NCBI GenBank assembly: GCA_003693705.1
Contig: RBZT01000215.1
Span: 83,552 to 147,551, forward strand
From: Polymyxa betae A26-41
Taxonomy: Eukaryota; Protista; Endomyxa: Phytomyxea
Direction: 5' to 3'
Length of the DNA: 64,000 nucleotides
Below are positions 23,954 through 37,498 of this stretch, piece after piece. A program made the translations under genes and the position numbers. The notes below the pieces were generated by a model that was not told the DNA's origin, did not search any database, and worked only from the letters and a program-made list of their open reading frames with translations. The first letter of the stretch is position 1; each line of letters begins with the position of its first letter.

Positions 23954-26121
23954 ATGGTGTCGCCCAGCGTCACCAATGCCAATGCCGACATAAACGGCAA
24001 AGGGATCGCCAAGTCGAAGCGCGCCCAGCGCCGTCAACGTCAAAAACATAATCGACAAGAGCTTCGGTCGCAGCAGAATGGAAATGGCTTCGTACCCGAG
24101 ACGCCATCAGAATCGGACGCCACTATGGTATCATTGTCTTGCTTTGTGCTTGGATTGTCATCCTGAGGATGTCGGTATAGACTGAGATTGATTCTGAGAT
24201 CGAGGTCGAAGTCGAATACGTCCCCGAGTCTATCGATTCGACGGAGCCGTTGGCCGATTTTTTCAGCGATGTCTTCGAGAGATTCTCATCCAGAGGCGTG
24301 CGAAGGGAAGACCCCGAGGTCACCATTGTGCCAGCAAAATCTGAACAAAACAGGGAGAATGAAGACGAATTTTCTGATGATGACGAGGTATGAGCAATTG
24401 CTAGCTAACACTGAATCATTTGACCCCCTGCGAGTGCCTTTTCGAATTACGTTTTTTGATTTTATGCTGAAGTTGTGGGGTTAATTTGCAAATTTTGCAA
24501 TTATGACACTGCTACTTTCCCCACTGCAATACTCTTTAATGATTGAAGTTCGCATTTGCATTCAGTCTGCTGCAGTGATTCTGTATTGTCATACTAACTA
24601 TGGAAATGATAGCCCGAAACTCCACTCAGCCGCAGACAACTTCGGAAATTAAATCGGATGGATGTCGCCGAATTGAAACAGGTGGCCCAATTCCCTGAAG
24701 TCGTCGATGTCCACGATGTTTGCACCAGCGATCCGGTCCTTCTTGTCCAGCTGAAATCGCTGCGAAACTCGGTCCCTGTTCCAGGCCACTGGTCTCAGAA
24801 GCGGAAATACCTTCAGGGTAAGCGCGGCCAGGAGAAGAGCTTGTTCAAACTGCCGGACTACATCGAGGCGACCGGTATCGCCGCTATTCGTCTAGCGCAT
24901 CACGAGCAGGACGCCGAAAAGAAAGCGAAAACCAAACAGAGGGAGCGAATGCAGCCTAAAATGAACCGGCTGGATATCGATTATCAGGTCCTGCATGACG
25001 CCTTCTTCCGCAGCCAGCCGAAAATGAAACCCGCGATTCACGGCGATATTTACTTTGAAGGCAAAGAATTCCAAGTCAATGTAATGCTGGTCCATGATCC
25101 ACCGTTTGATTATTCAGCTGATGCTGCGGTGTAGGTCAAAACAGCACGTCCCGGTATTCTATCGCAGGCGCTGAAGGACGCTCTGGGCATGCGTGAGGGA
25201 TACCCACCGCCTTGGTTAATCAACATGCAGCGATACGGGCCGCCACCATCATACAGGAACCTCAAGATTCCTGGTCTCAATGCTCCTTTACCACCGAATG
25301 CTTCATATGGTTATGGTGAAGGTCAATGGGGTAAACCGCCTGTTGATCATCTTGGTAAGCAGCACTTTTTTCTCAGAAAATTTCGATTGCTTTTTAGTTT
25401 TTTTTTTCAAACGCAATTTTGTTTTTTAATGCATTCCAAAGGGCAACCGCTGTATGGTGATCCATTCGGATTATCGGTGGAGCCAGAATTGCCTCCGGAA
25501 CCGATTTCGAACTTGGAACCATGGGGAAACCTGATCGTCGAGGAAGAAGTGGAAGAGGAAGAAGAACCTGATGAAGTCGATATGGAACAGGAAGAGGACA
25601 TGACCGGAATTGAATCAGTGGCTTCATTCGCCTCGGGAATGGTGACGCCCGACGCCATTGATTTGCGAAAGGGCATCACCAGCGTTGAGACTCCTGAGAT
25701 CGACCTACGCAAACCGCAACCTGATAAGCAGCTCTTTCAAGTACATTTCAACCTCTCGTACAATTTCAGTTTTTCTTAATTGACTTGACAGGTTCTGGAG
25801 CAGAAAGACGTTACGGTTGGGGATGCGTTGTACGGCTCCTCGCATACATATAAGATCCCGACGGCAACCAGCCAAAGCGCAGCTGTTGCTAGTCAGCTAT
25901 CTGATGGTCATGTTGATCTTGCTCTGGCTCCAGAAGAGCTCGCCAATATGGACGAAGCTGCGTTGTCCAGGCGCTACCAGGAGCAGCTGGAGGCCGTCAA
26001 GGCTTTGCGTGCGTCAAGCAGCGAAAGTGTTAGCGAGGTGTTGCTTGAGGAAACTCGCAAGCGGAAGCGCAAGGAAGAGGCCAAGGCCAAGGGCAAAAAG
26101 TTCAAAGATTTCAAATTCTAA
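23954..26121 (+). CDS. SF3B2: Splicing factor 3B subunit 2 (SAP145/Cus1), multi-exon
   Basis: VAELKQ..PEVVDVHD..DPVLLVQLKSLRNSVPVPGHWSQKRKYLQGKRG, IDYQVLHDAFF, PPPWLINMQRYGPPPSYRNLKIPGLNAP, C-terminal KFKDFKF. Confidence 0.96.
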
Positions 26122-26496
26122 TCGCCAGTGCTTTTCTATTAAGAATATATTTCCCAAACTATGTCAGGAAATCTGGTTTTACAATTACTATAGCAGCAGA
26201 TGCGTTTGGCACATTTCGCAAAGTGCTCATCAGGGATCTTGGGAAAAAACGTTCGACTTTTCCTCTTTGAAAGTTGGCTGCGACATCAATCTCATAATGA
26301 AGAATATTTCCTAATCCGTTTCCATTACTGTATTGGCAATAGACGCGTTTAACGTTTTGTTGCAGAAATGTGAATCATGTTGGTGGAAATGGGGCACGGC
26401 AGTTCACAGCGGTAATTATACTGGCCCTCTGCGGGGACCGTGCTCAGGTCCTGGCTGCTTTGCTGCTAGTCACAAGATCGGGTGGCGGCCCCGGTC

Positions 26497-28163
26497 ATGA
26501 AGAAATTTTTCCAGCGACGCCCGACGTTCTCGTCGTCGTCGGCGCCGCCGTCGCCGGCCCCAGCAGCCGCCGCCCCCGCTGACGTCAATGCGGCCGTTGG
26601 GACGGTGCCGGCCACCCCGACCAAACCCATCCAGGACGACGAATTGACACTGTTCAAAGCGCGCGTGTCTGGATTCGCTTCAGGTGATTGACTGGACGCC
26701 ACCCGTACTGGCCCACCCGTGGGCACCTGGAGTGACGAACTCATTGAATGGCAGCGCAGACCGACAGATCTGGATTCGATTGACGCCGAAGCGACTCTAT
26801 CAATCGGACGGGGTCGTGTACGACCTACTACAGCTGCATACGATCTCCGACGATCCGGTCCAAGGCCAAGCTGTGATTGTGCATTGGTTTCGGTCTAGGT
26901 CCAATACCAAACTGATCGGGAATAAGGTGGGTTTCCACTCCCGGTACTAGCTAGGGTTCTAGGTTTGGGACAGGTGAAAGGCGAAATGCTGAAATCGGTG
27001 ACGGAGGCTCGTGACATGATCGTTATCCAGCGATATGTATTCGAATCTGAAGCCGATCATCAGACGATGGTGTTGCTGTTGGATGATCTGACCAGGACCC
27101 GATGGCAGGCGTTATGTGAGCATCGGGTGATCACAGCCCCGGAGCTCTATCAAGCTCACACTGCCGTCATTAAAGTCAATCGCAAAGGACACTGCCAGGA
27201 GCGTATGCTGGTTCTGTCTAACCTCTGGCTCTATAACATCCAATATCATACTGACCCAATCGCTATCAAACAGTGTAAGGTTAGTGAAGTTCATTTTATG
27301 TAGCACTTGCGTGCAATTTATGTATGCGCACTTTTGCAATTAATTTGTTTGCGTACGCAGTTTTACAAATTCACTGTGGCCGTTTCAAAAATTGCGAACG
27401 AGTTTTGGAACTGGGCGTTTTGCTGACGCCGTTTAAGTGGGCGATCCCGCTTCAGGCCATTACTGAACTGCAGCTGGATATCCTGCAGCAAACGCTATCC
27501 ATGACATTAGTGATCGATGAGGTAACCATGACGAAATTGATGGACCAGTACCACCGCATGTCGCGCGCGGATCTGCCCAAATCCCTGCATCAGTTCTGTT
27601 TCTATTCGGTCGCGAGCCAGCAGGCTTTCGTCACGCAGCTTCGTCTTTTACGTCGAGATCAGATCGTCATAAAATGCTCGCAGCCTTATCTTGATGAGGT
27701 TGGTCTGCTTGTAGTTCATGTTTGTTGGTTGTTAAATGGCGTGATTCAGATGGAGCATCTGGGGAGGTTTCGGGCCACGATCCAGCACGGCTATTTGGTG
27801 AAACATCGCAAGCATAATACTACGATGCCACATCGACGATATGTACGTCTGACAGATTCCGGCATGATCGCATGGTCTCAGGAGCCGAATTCGGCCAAGG
27901 TGCTGTCGGGTAAGGCGCTCTCAATCCGGCGCTGCTTCAACCTGATTATGCTCGCAGGTGAGATTCGGTCTTCGCCGGGAAATAAATTCGATGAGAAGAT
28001 GTTGTCGTTCACGATCGTGACAACTTCCAAGACATTGCATTTTGTTGCCGAATCGCTGGATGATTTCCGCGCTTGGAAGCAGGCCTTGGAGACGGTCATG
28101 CAACGACATCAAAATCGAGTTCATGTACAGCTTTCATCTTCAAACAAAGTACAATTTCTGTAG
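26497..28163 (+). CDS. Protein with multiple PH-like domains (myosin-I TH1-like PH segment plus C-terminal PH), multi-exon
   Basis: 'AVIKVNRKGHCQERMLVLSNLWLYNI' is TH1/PH-like. The C-terminal 'QHGYLVKH...HRRYVRL...SFTIVTTSKTLHFVAESLDDFRAWKQAL' is a canonical PH domain. Confidence 0.7.
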
Positions 28164-28335
28164 AGAATTCGGCTCATCGTTATCTATCTATCTGAACATG
28201 TAAATGAAGCTCTTTGAAGTTCTAGAAATCCTGTAATATTAATAAACTATCGGGAAATACTCCAACAGCTTTAAGATTCTGATTGAAGAGATCTCATGCC
28301 CAAATCGATATTTATTCGAAATCCTATCATGACTA

Positions 28336-29253
28336 TCAGAGGAAGAACCTCCTTCGGCTGGTGTCCATCTCAGGACGATGTTTCCATTCATATTCACCGC
28401 CGGTTGTATCAAACGTCCCATGCTGTAAGCTCTTCAGCTTCAATGTGAATCTTGGTCCGAGCTCCTGCAGATCCACACATCGTCCTTGATCATCAAACAT
28501 ATAACGATGTTGTCTGAAGAACACGAAGTCGCGCTGGTTGTGGAATGTCACGACACATCGGCCTCGGAATTCGGGTCGTGGATCGAATAAGGCGGCGAGC
28601 ATCCGTCCCATGCGGTTGCCAAGACGAGTAGTGAAATTGTTGAGAATCAGCTCTGGTTGATGATTTGTCATAACACCATGACCAGATATATCAGCATTCA
28701 GCTGAACATTTGTGAGCTTAAAATGAGCAGTTGGTCCACCTGGAAGATGGATGAGCAGAAGGCCATTGAGATCTTTACGATCTTCGTTAAGAATGATGAG
28801 ATCGGTGAAGCCTTTCTCGATGGCCTGCTCCACGATCGTCTTCACTTCAAACCCGCGACGTTTGTAGAAAGACGAATTCGGAATAACCTGCAGAAGGTCG
28901 CCGATGAACGAGAACGATCGCGAGGTCGGTTTACGACACGTGGTTATGGCGATCTTTGGAGGCGCCTGTTTGGCGAAATACGCCGAGAACTCGTCGATGG
29001 CGTTCTCAGCCTCAATCTCTTCATCGCCGACCTCTACGATCGTATCGTCAGCTTCGCGTGTGTTGTCCTGCGTCCGCTGGGCCGGTACGTCCAGGACGAC
29101 ATCGGGGTTGTCGCGTCGCTGTTTCTGGCGCTGTTTGCGGGCCTGGTTGGACTCTTTGGCCTTTCGGGCTTTCAGTTGCTGGAACACAGCTTGACGTTTG
29201 ATCTTGTTACTGATCTGGTTGACGCCCTCCGCTGATATCGACGGCCCCTTCAT
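28336..29253 (-). CDS. RPF1: Ribosome production factor 1 (Brix domain), intronless
   Basis: IKNKIKR-like start; LIHLPGGPTAHFKL, HQPELILNNFTTRLG, TFHNQRDFVFFRQHRY, LQELGPRFTLKL, MDTSRRRFFL. Confidence 0.95.
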   Translation of the reverse strand: MKGPSISAEGVNQISNKIKRQAVFQQLKARKAKESNQARKQRQKQRRDNPDVVLDVPAQRTQDNTREADDTIVEVGDEEIEAENAIDEFSAYFAKQAPPKIAITTCRKPTSRSFSFIGDLLQVIPNSSFYKRRGFEVKTIVEQAIEKGFTDLIILNEDRKDLNGLLLIHLPGGPTAHFKLTNVQLNADISGHGVMTNHQPELILNNFTTRLGNRMGRMLAALFDPRPEFRGRCVVTFHNQRDFVFFRQHRYMFDDQGRCVDLQELGPRFTLKLKSLQHGTFDTTGGEYEWKHRPEMDTSRRRFFL

Positions 29254-29596
29254 GGTCGGGCGCTGAATTTCTTGGCAGGATTTCGCTTTCCAGGCGCCTT
29301 CGTCGTCAGTTGTGGGTCGCAGTCCGCACGGAGTCCAGAATTTCGCGTTGTTTTTTTAATTACTTGCAGGGCTGTGATAAACTGCGTCTGTTGCGCTGTT
29401 TTTTGGAAAGTTTCAAATTCAACGAACTGCGCCTGAGTTTAAGTGGGTTTCTTCTTGTGTTTTCGGTCCCTATGTCATGAAAAGTAACCTCCATGGCTGG
29501 ATGGGATTTAACATTATTTCTTGATGATTGATGGCCTTAATAACTCTTTATAATGTATAACGAAGGCCGGACGAAGCCAGTTAGAGACAACTTTGA

Positions 29597-30221
29597 ATGG
29601 CGCCATCGAATCATTCGACAGCAGCGATCGAACCCGGTTTGCTGCGTTCAGCAATATGATGGTGCCCGTCCCGATTATCCAGCCCAGTCGATCGATTTCT
29701 TCATCAATGAGTTCAATCTAGGCCCAGATCGCGCATTGCTCGACCTTGCAGCTGGCACTGGCAAATAAGATTCAAGACTCGTGGCGAATACCAGAGACCG
29801 CTGATGTCGATGGCTTCCGGGTCGGATGATGTCGTCGCCTGTACCTAATCATGGCTCTGATTTGATGCCCGACCAGCCCTGAGCGAAATTCATCGCCTAT
29901 TGCCACCCCAGGGTGCTCTGGTTTGAATCGGCGCCCTTGAACATCATCTCAGCAGATGGAAGCCGATAAACCCAGCCACACCCGAACCCGGCCCGTATTT
30001 TCGAAACTGGTCGAAGAGCATGGCTGTTATGGACCATTAAGGCAGGTCCTGTTCCGATACGAACATAAGCTGACGCCTATCTGTTTTAGGATCGGATCTT
30101 ATCGCAGAGCTATGTTGGCGAGATGATCGATGCTGATTGAAGTTGACATCCTCATCTTACAGGATAATCCAGTTTTATTTTGTCCCATATTACCGAACTT
30201 TCACATTGCTATAAACCATGA
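29597..30221 (+). pseudogene. Disrupted class I SAM-dependent methyltransferase (Methyltransf_11-like)
   Basis: YDGARPDYP...LLDLAAGTGK followed by TAA. Downstream in-frame relic DVVACT*SWL*FDARPALSEIHRLLPPQGALV* (compare AQAWHWFD..AL.EIHRVLRPGG), later DRILSQSYV. The ATG is out of frame with the motif I exon. Confidence 0.75.
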
Positions 30222-30639
30222 AATCCAGCGATGTCATATGCTGTTGACTTCGTTTCCCAGTCATTAGCAGTTTTTAAAGAAGATTCTCTATCTTTTGAAT
30301 AGAACTTTTCAATTATTACCGCTGAAGAAATAAAACAGTTGTACTTCCTTAATTTTGGTGATAAACAATGCTCCAGTTTTGAAATAATCTGCATTGAATA
30401 TTGCATACGGCGTTTATTGGTTAAAACCTTTCAGCATTCATACAGAATGTGAAAAGCTGTCGGGGAACAAATCATAACCAATTGTGTGGTTGTATATTGG
30501 TACTATTCACTACGAGAATAGCATTTTTTGTAAAAGGAACAAGTTCAATATAACGGTAGATAAACCAACCCTGCAGCAGAGAAATGTTTCGGTGTTATCT
30601 CGGAGTCTTACCCAATAGGGTTCCCACTAAGCATTGACA

Positions 30640-30932
30640 ATGTTTCGAGGCCCATTGTTCCGTCTACGACCGTCAACGGCTTCGCGGCGTTCCTTCTCTG
30701 TCGATCTGCAATCAGAAGCGGATCGCGAAGCCGTGAAACGGTATATTGATGTATCTGCTCGTCGATTGGGCGTCGCGTTTTCAGTGATGGGGGCTGTCGC
30801 CGTAAGCATTATTGCCGATTTTGAGTATATAATTTAAATTCGTTGTAGTATTTTATGATGGTTCGATACAACGATGGTGATGTACAACCGAGCAAGGAAG
30901 CCAGTCAGCAAGTCGCAAATAAGCAGCCGTGA
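30640..30932 (+). CDS. Small (about 80 aa) single-pass mitochondrial membrane protein, 2 exons
   Basis: Presequence MFRGPLFRLRPSTASRRSFS; transmembrane segment LGVAFSVMGAVA|YFMMV across a GTAAGC...TAG intron; TGA at 30930-30932. Confidence 0.6.
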
Positions 30933-31296
30933 ATTTAAAGGTCTGAGAAAGCTTCACAATACAGTAGGGCTAATAAACTAGCCGAAAGCTTGGAACCAAA
31001 CGAGAATATTCCACAGCGCGATGAGTGTCATTGCATCCACACGTTGCGATTCAATTCCCATAATTCTTATCTGAAATAATGCAACACCAGTACATAGCGA
31101 CGCAATTGATCATTTATACGACAATCTTGGCAACAAGGTATTCTAGCGATTGCAGACGAGTGAAAGTAACTACACTAGAGAAGGCGAGAGGTTTTAAAAA
31201 TAGAGCACACAACCTTGCATTTATTAGATAACCAGACCGAGAAACAGAAACAATGTTGGACTGGCCCAGGGATTGGACAATAAGTAGAGATTGAGT

Positions 31297-32736
<1,440 letters not shown>

Positions 32737-34350
32737 GATGGTGGAGCTGGCGACCGACTAGGTTTATCACTCTCACCAACAACGACAACAACAAGACGCC
32801 CGATAGAATAGTGCGGATCCAATAACACAATGGAGTGACGGGCAGCAGTCAGGATCGATCGAATGCGCGAGCACCAACTCTGTACACTCGAGCTACGATC
32901 CAGTGTACCCGGGGTGCGACCTCGGACAGGGTCGGATTCCCGCCTACGTCCGGGTTTTCCAGTGATCTACAAACGCTGGCAGGCGGACAACCCTTAATTT
33001 GCAGGCCGCGCCCCCCGGCGCCCTTCGCAATTTTGGCGCGAATCTCATCTGCGGCCGGATTAAACGCCCGCCATTTTGATGGCTTATATCGTCGATTTCG
33101 ATCAAGACTGACAGGAGATTATTGATATCTTCGTCCCAGTTAGCATCGAACATTTCCGTCATGATCGGGATATGTTTCTATCGCCTTTGTTCAAATCTCC
33201 GAAAAAAGTAAACATTCTGAAACATCTTGCAATGTCTAATTGCGATCTTTGTATGCTAAAATCGAGTCTGGGCAAATGTTGCTCATCCTCTACGAGGATG
33301 GATTTGATGGCGATTTCTACAGTTTATGAATACACTGGCATGATACTGCTTTATACGACTACTTTCACATTCTTAACTCTGAGATCAAATAGTATCCTAA
33401 CGACATCGCTCACAATACATCAATATAATATTAATCATTGATAAAACAAGATACTTCCATTAAGCACTTCCACATCAGCATAATTCCTAACCTTACTGCC
33501 TAATCGGCATATTAAAGTATAGTGAGAGACCGAAGGCGTGAGCAGCCGCGACGAAAGATGGCGTCTGGTAGGGCCAGGACTTCCAGCGATGTATGAGTAC
33601 GGCGGCAGATTCAAAATACTACTCGTCTCGGTCGCGATCGTCGACATAGTCTGGATCGGGACGGTCAGCGTACGTCGTTGATGGTAGCTGTAATAAAATG
33701 CTGAATAGGGCTCAGATTTTATATAGATTTATACCATGAATCTGACTATAGTCTCTTAAGTTAGCATGTATTAGGGGCAAACAATAAAGTCGGATTCCAA
33801 CGGTCGCTTTTTAACACTTTTGCCTCCTAATATTTGGGTGTAACAAACAAAGCCTAAAAAAGTAGGATAACATTTCCAATTATAGCTATACAGCAAATAT
33901 ATTCTAAGCACAATCGATTGTGTTGCAATATGGTCGATGCTCAGAGACATGAGTTCTGGCGGACTAGTGAAGGCCTTGGAAATCTTCGTCTAGAACAATT
34001 TACGTAGGAATGGAAATCAACAGTCACAAGTCGTTTCTCTGAAGCGGTAACCAATCTGAATTCGAAGAATACTTATCCCGGGTCTTTTTGTAATTGCTAC
34101 CTACCCATAACATGTCAGGTAGCCGTCCCGTTGAATTTAATTTTTGTCAAACAATGCATTTGCAAAAAATTAAGAAAATCGTGAACTGATAGTAAAGATC
34201 AAGATGCGAAATCGGTCAACGAATGTCGCGCATTTCTCGTTGACCGCTAACCCAAGTTGCAATTGACATTCCAGAATCATCAGCAAAATAGTCTGTATAT
34301 ATTGCCTGGTGTGAAGGATGTTGGGTTCCCGGCCTTTATCCATTTTAAAG

Positions 34351-35479
34351 ATGTCATCAATGGTGCAAATTCCACTGATTGCGAAGGTGAGTGGTGCTCA
34401 CTCTGCATTGGCCGATATTTAGTATTTGACAATCGTATAGTGGTGCTATCATCTGGCTGTCTCTGGCGGTGACATCGTACGACATGTTGCCGAATCTGGC
34501 CGTCTCAATGTCACGAACAAGGCCGACCTGAACGTTGATTTCGACCCGACGACGGATGCTGACCGACAGGCGCAGGCCTGGATTATTGGAAATCTACGCC
34601 ATCAATTCCCAACTATAGCCATTATTGGCGAAGAAGATCAGTATGATTGTGCTTCTGCATTAGCTAATATTCCGGAATCTGTCGATCATGACCCCTATGT
34701 AAGTTCTTCGATTCAATTCAATTCAGTCTTATTCAAGTCCGAATTTTGCAGTTTTTGGATTCTGCTTGGGATTCAAATTTGATTTTTGCAAAGCCCGAAG
34801 ATGTTCGCATCTTCGTTGATCCAGTTGATGGCACGAAAGATCTAACAAAAGGCTCTCACGAGGCGGTCACGACCCTGATTGGTATCGCCGTCGCTGACAA
34901 GCCTGTCTATGGCGTTATCCATTATCCATTCTCTGGGAAGACTGTCCATGCGGCAGTTGGTCATTCAAACCATCAAAACGCTGTCAAATCGGATCCTAAA
35001 TGTCAGCATCTCTCAGAATCTGTTTTCCGGGGTTTTTATTGTTTCTCGCTAGGTGCTGAAGATAATATTGTCGTCACGACAAAGTCGCATTTCGACGACT
35101 ATCTCAAGTCTTATTTTGAGGAGCTTCATCCGCAGCCTAGCAAGGTCCTTCGAGTTGGAGGCTGTGGTCATAAAGCAGTGCTAGTTCTGGAAGGTTAAAA
35201 TGCAGAGCTCAATCTGCTGGGTGGTTGAATGTTGTAATAGGCGATGCTGATGCATATGTGTATCCACGTGAAGGAACGAAGAAATGGGATACCTGCGCCC
35301 CTCATGCAATAATTCGGTCATTCAATGGTCATTTCGTAGATCGTTATGGCAATGAACTTACGTATGATGCTAATTCTCCAATTGGCAATGAGGATGGAAT
35401 GATCTGTACGATGGCTGCTGACCCCTCTCTTTATACTTTGACTGCAAATGATCATTCTAACCCGTCTTGCTCACATTGA
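34351..35479 (+). CDS. BPNT1: 3'(2'),5'-bisphosphate nucleotidase (inositol monophosphatase family), multi-exon
   Basis: DPTTDADRQAQ, IIGEED, IFVDPVDGTK, VTTLIGIAV, RVGGCGHK, DAYVYP..GTKKWDTCAPHAI. Confidence 0.9.
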
Positions 35480-35596
35480 TGTAAAAGTTCCTTCAGATTC
35501 TGAATACCCCGAATATTGTCTTTTGAGTTATGAACACTTGCAGTATGTAGAAGCATTAGTGTACTTTTATTTAAAGTGATATGAAGCTCAAACTTG

Positions 35597-37141
35597 CTAG
35601 ACTTTAGGGGTTTCAAATGTGTCCAACTTCTGCAGCAGCGTTTCCGAGTAGTTCGGCGAGTAGTATTGCACAATCTCAACTGGATAGCAACTGTTGATCG
35701 TGTTGATATAAGATTGTAGTTTCGAGCTGTTTTCAGCCTTCAATTCCTGAACTCTCTGTAGACCTCCACTCTGGACGAAGGACTTTCTCGATTGAGGATC
35801 ATTCGGGAGGACTTTGGCAAATTGCTGTACGAGGTATTTCGTGACTTTCGGTGGCGAATCATGTAGCAATGGCTCTAAAGCGGGTGTGTGCGTGCATTTC
35901 TGGACAACAGTCTTCAAGGCTCTCTGTGCCTTAGATTTCAGATCAGCAGATCCTTCGTCAGGTAAGGTTGTCGCGGCGTTATAAACTTGAATCATTCTTC
36001 GGAACACGTCTGCTTTAGCCAGCGCTTTAGCATGCTCTGGGGTATGTCGCCCTATCTGTCCTAACGACCAACATGATGCGGCTTTGATATGCGTTTCGGG
36101 CTCGTTGACAAGTGCATCTTTTAAAGGTAAGATTCCTTGATTGACGATAATTGCCAAGGCGAGCGTTTCCGAGAATGCAGCAATATAGCCCAGCGCCATT
36201 ATACCAGGCAGACGTGTGTTGCCCTTTGTCTCACTGATGTAGTCAATGATGGCTGCATGACCACCTGCATTCACAATCAGCTTAGCCAGTTCTGGAGCGT
36301 GCTTGGCGACGTCTCGAATTAATGTGGCAGCATTCTTTCTGACGACCATGTCGAGATCTTTCAAACAACCCAATACTTTGGGGAAAACATCAGCCTCCAC
36401 GACCACCTCGGCGAGATCGACAGAATGCTTCGCAACCTGAGCTAAGGCAGCGCAGACCTGTCGCTTAAGTTTGCTATCTTGGTGCTGAATCAATGGTGCT
36501 AAAAACTGGACAGCTCCAGAGTCTACAACGACTTGAGCTAATTCAGAAGAATGTTTGCTGATTTCGCCCAAGGCAGCAGCAGATACTCTCTTCAGGCTCA
36601 GCTCCGGTTCTTGTAAACACAAAACCAATTGGGGAACTGCACCAGCGTCTACCACGACTTGGGCTAAATCAGAATTATGTCTTGCGATATAATGTAAAGC
36701 CCATGCTGCTCCTTCCTTCACTGTAGGTTCAAATTCTGACAGGCATCCTACAAGGGCTACCAACGAGCCTGCATCGACAACAGCTTGTGCAAGTTCTGGA
36801 GAATGTTTCGCCACAGATTTTAACACGAACGATGCCGCTTTCTTATAATAGCGATTCTGCTCGGCTAAAGAATAGACGAGCTGGGGGAGAATTTCGTTCA
36901 TCACAACAGCTTCTGCTAACGCCTCCGAATAGTTAGCCAGGCGTCCTAAAGCAATAGCCGTCGACTGCTGAATTGAAGGTACGGTATCAAGTAGAAGTGG
37001 TCGAAGCAATGCCATCACACCAGCATTCTGGAGTGCTTCAATATTCGCCGGACGGATCGCTAGTTCGGCTACAGTTTGAACAAAGGTCGTCCTAGACGCT
37101 TGATATTCTTCGAACACCTGCAAAATCGACCGGCTCGTCAT
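35597..37141 (-). CDS. SPAG6: Axonemal central-pair armadillo protein SPAG6/PF16, intronless
   Basis: LQVFEEYQ..RTTFVQTVAELA.RP.NIEALQNAGVMALLRPLLLD, ARM repeats, C-terminal CYPVEIVQYYSPNYSETLL. Confidence 0.97.
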   Translation of the reverse strand: MTSRSILQVFEEYQASRTTFVQTVAELAIRPANIEALQNAGVMALLRPLLLDTVPSIQQSTAIALGRLANYSEALAEAVVMNEILPQLVYSLAEQNRYYKKAASFVLKSVAKHSPELAQAVVDAGSLVALVGCLSEFEPTVKEGAAWALHYIARHNSDLAQVVVDAGAVPQLVLCLQEPELSLKRVSAAALGEISKHSSELAQVVVDSGAVQFLAPLIQHQDSKLKRQVCAALAQVAKHSVDLAEVVVEADVFPKVLGCLKDLDMVVRKNAATLIRDVAKHAPELAKLIVNAGGHAAIIDYISETKGNTRLPGIMALGYIAAFSETLALAIIVNQGILPLKDALVNEPETHIKAASCWSLGQIGRHTPEHAKALAKADVFRRMIQVYNAATTLPDEGSADLKSKAQRALKTVVQKCTHTPALEPLLHDSPPKVTKYLVQQFAKVLPNDPQSRKSFVQSGGLQRVQELKAENSSKLQSYINTINSCYPVEIVQYYSPNYSETLLQKLDTFETPKV

Positions 37142-37498
37142 GCTGGCTGCTTGCGCTGCCACTACTCAGATGGCAATATCAAGAATCAGATAGTACCACA
37201 TCAGGATCGAAGACCCGATTCTAGTACGGTTTGCCAAATCAACTATCTTTTGGGAGACCAGCACTGGAATTACTGGAAAACAAATAAATGTGCATGTTCA
37301 AATGTTTTAGAAGTGGCAAACATACAAGATATGAGAGGTGAAGATCATAGCTACAGTAGATGTAGTTTATACGATAGAGATTAGAGCAGCAGAGGATGAG
37401 CAAATCAATGACATGAGAGGGTTCCGCCCTTAAGAGTCGCTTGCCGCCGCTGAGTTAAGTGCGAATCATTACAGGTAATTATCATTGCCGATTCGAAT

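Noticed and set aside
29760-29940. Stop-codon reassignment (TAA=Gln, TGA=Trp) suggested by the methyltransferase relic
   Set aside because: Conserved genes in the window end at TAA, TAG and TGA normally and have no in-frame stops. The relic also has frameshifts.
33031-33042. E2F-like site TTTTGGCGCGAA upstream of beta-tubulin
   Set aside because: A single short match cannot be supported without conservation or binding data.
32944-33647. Possible small minus-strand gene upstream of beta-tubulin
   Set aside because: I could not assemble a convincing spliced ORF and saw no homology cue.
33769-33832. Imperfect inverted repeat TATTAGGGGCAAA...TTTGCCTCCTAATA as a tiny MITE
   Set aside because: Short, imperfect, single copy and without a clear target-site duplication.
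35603-35613. TTTAGGGGTTT telomere-like string
   Set aside because: A single imperfect unit inside the SPAG6 coding end (ETPKV), explained by the codons.
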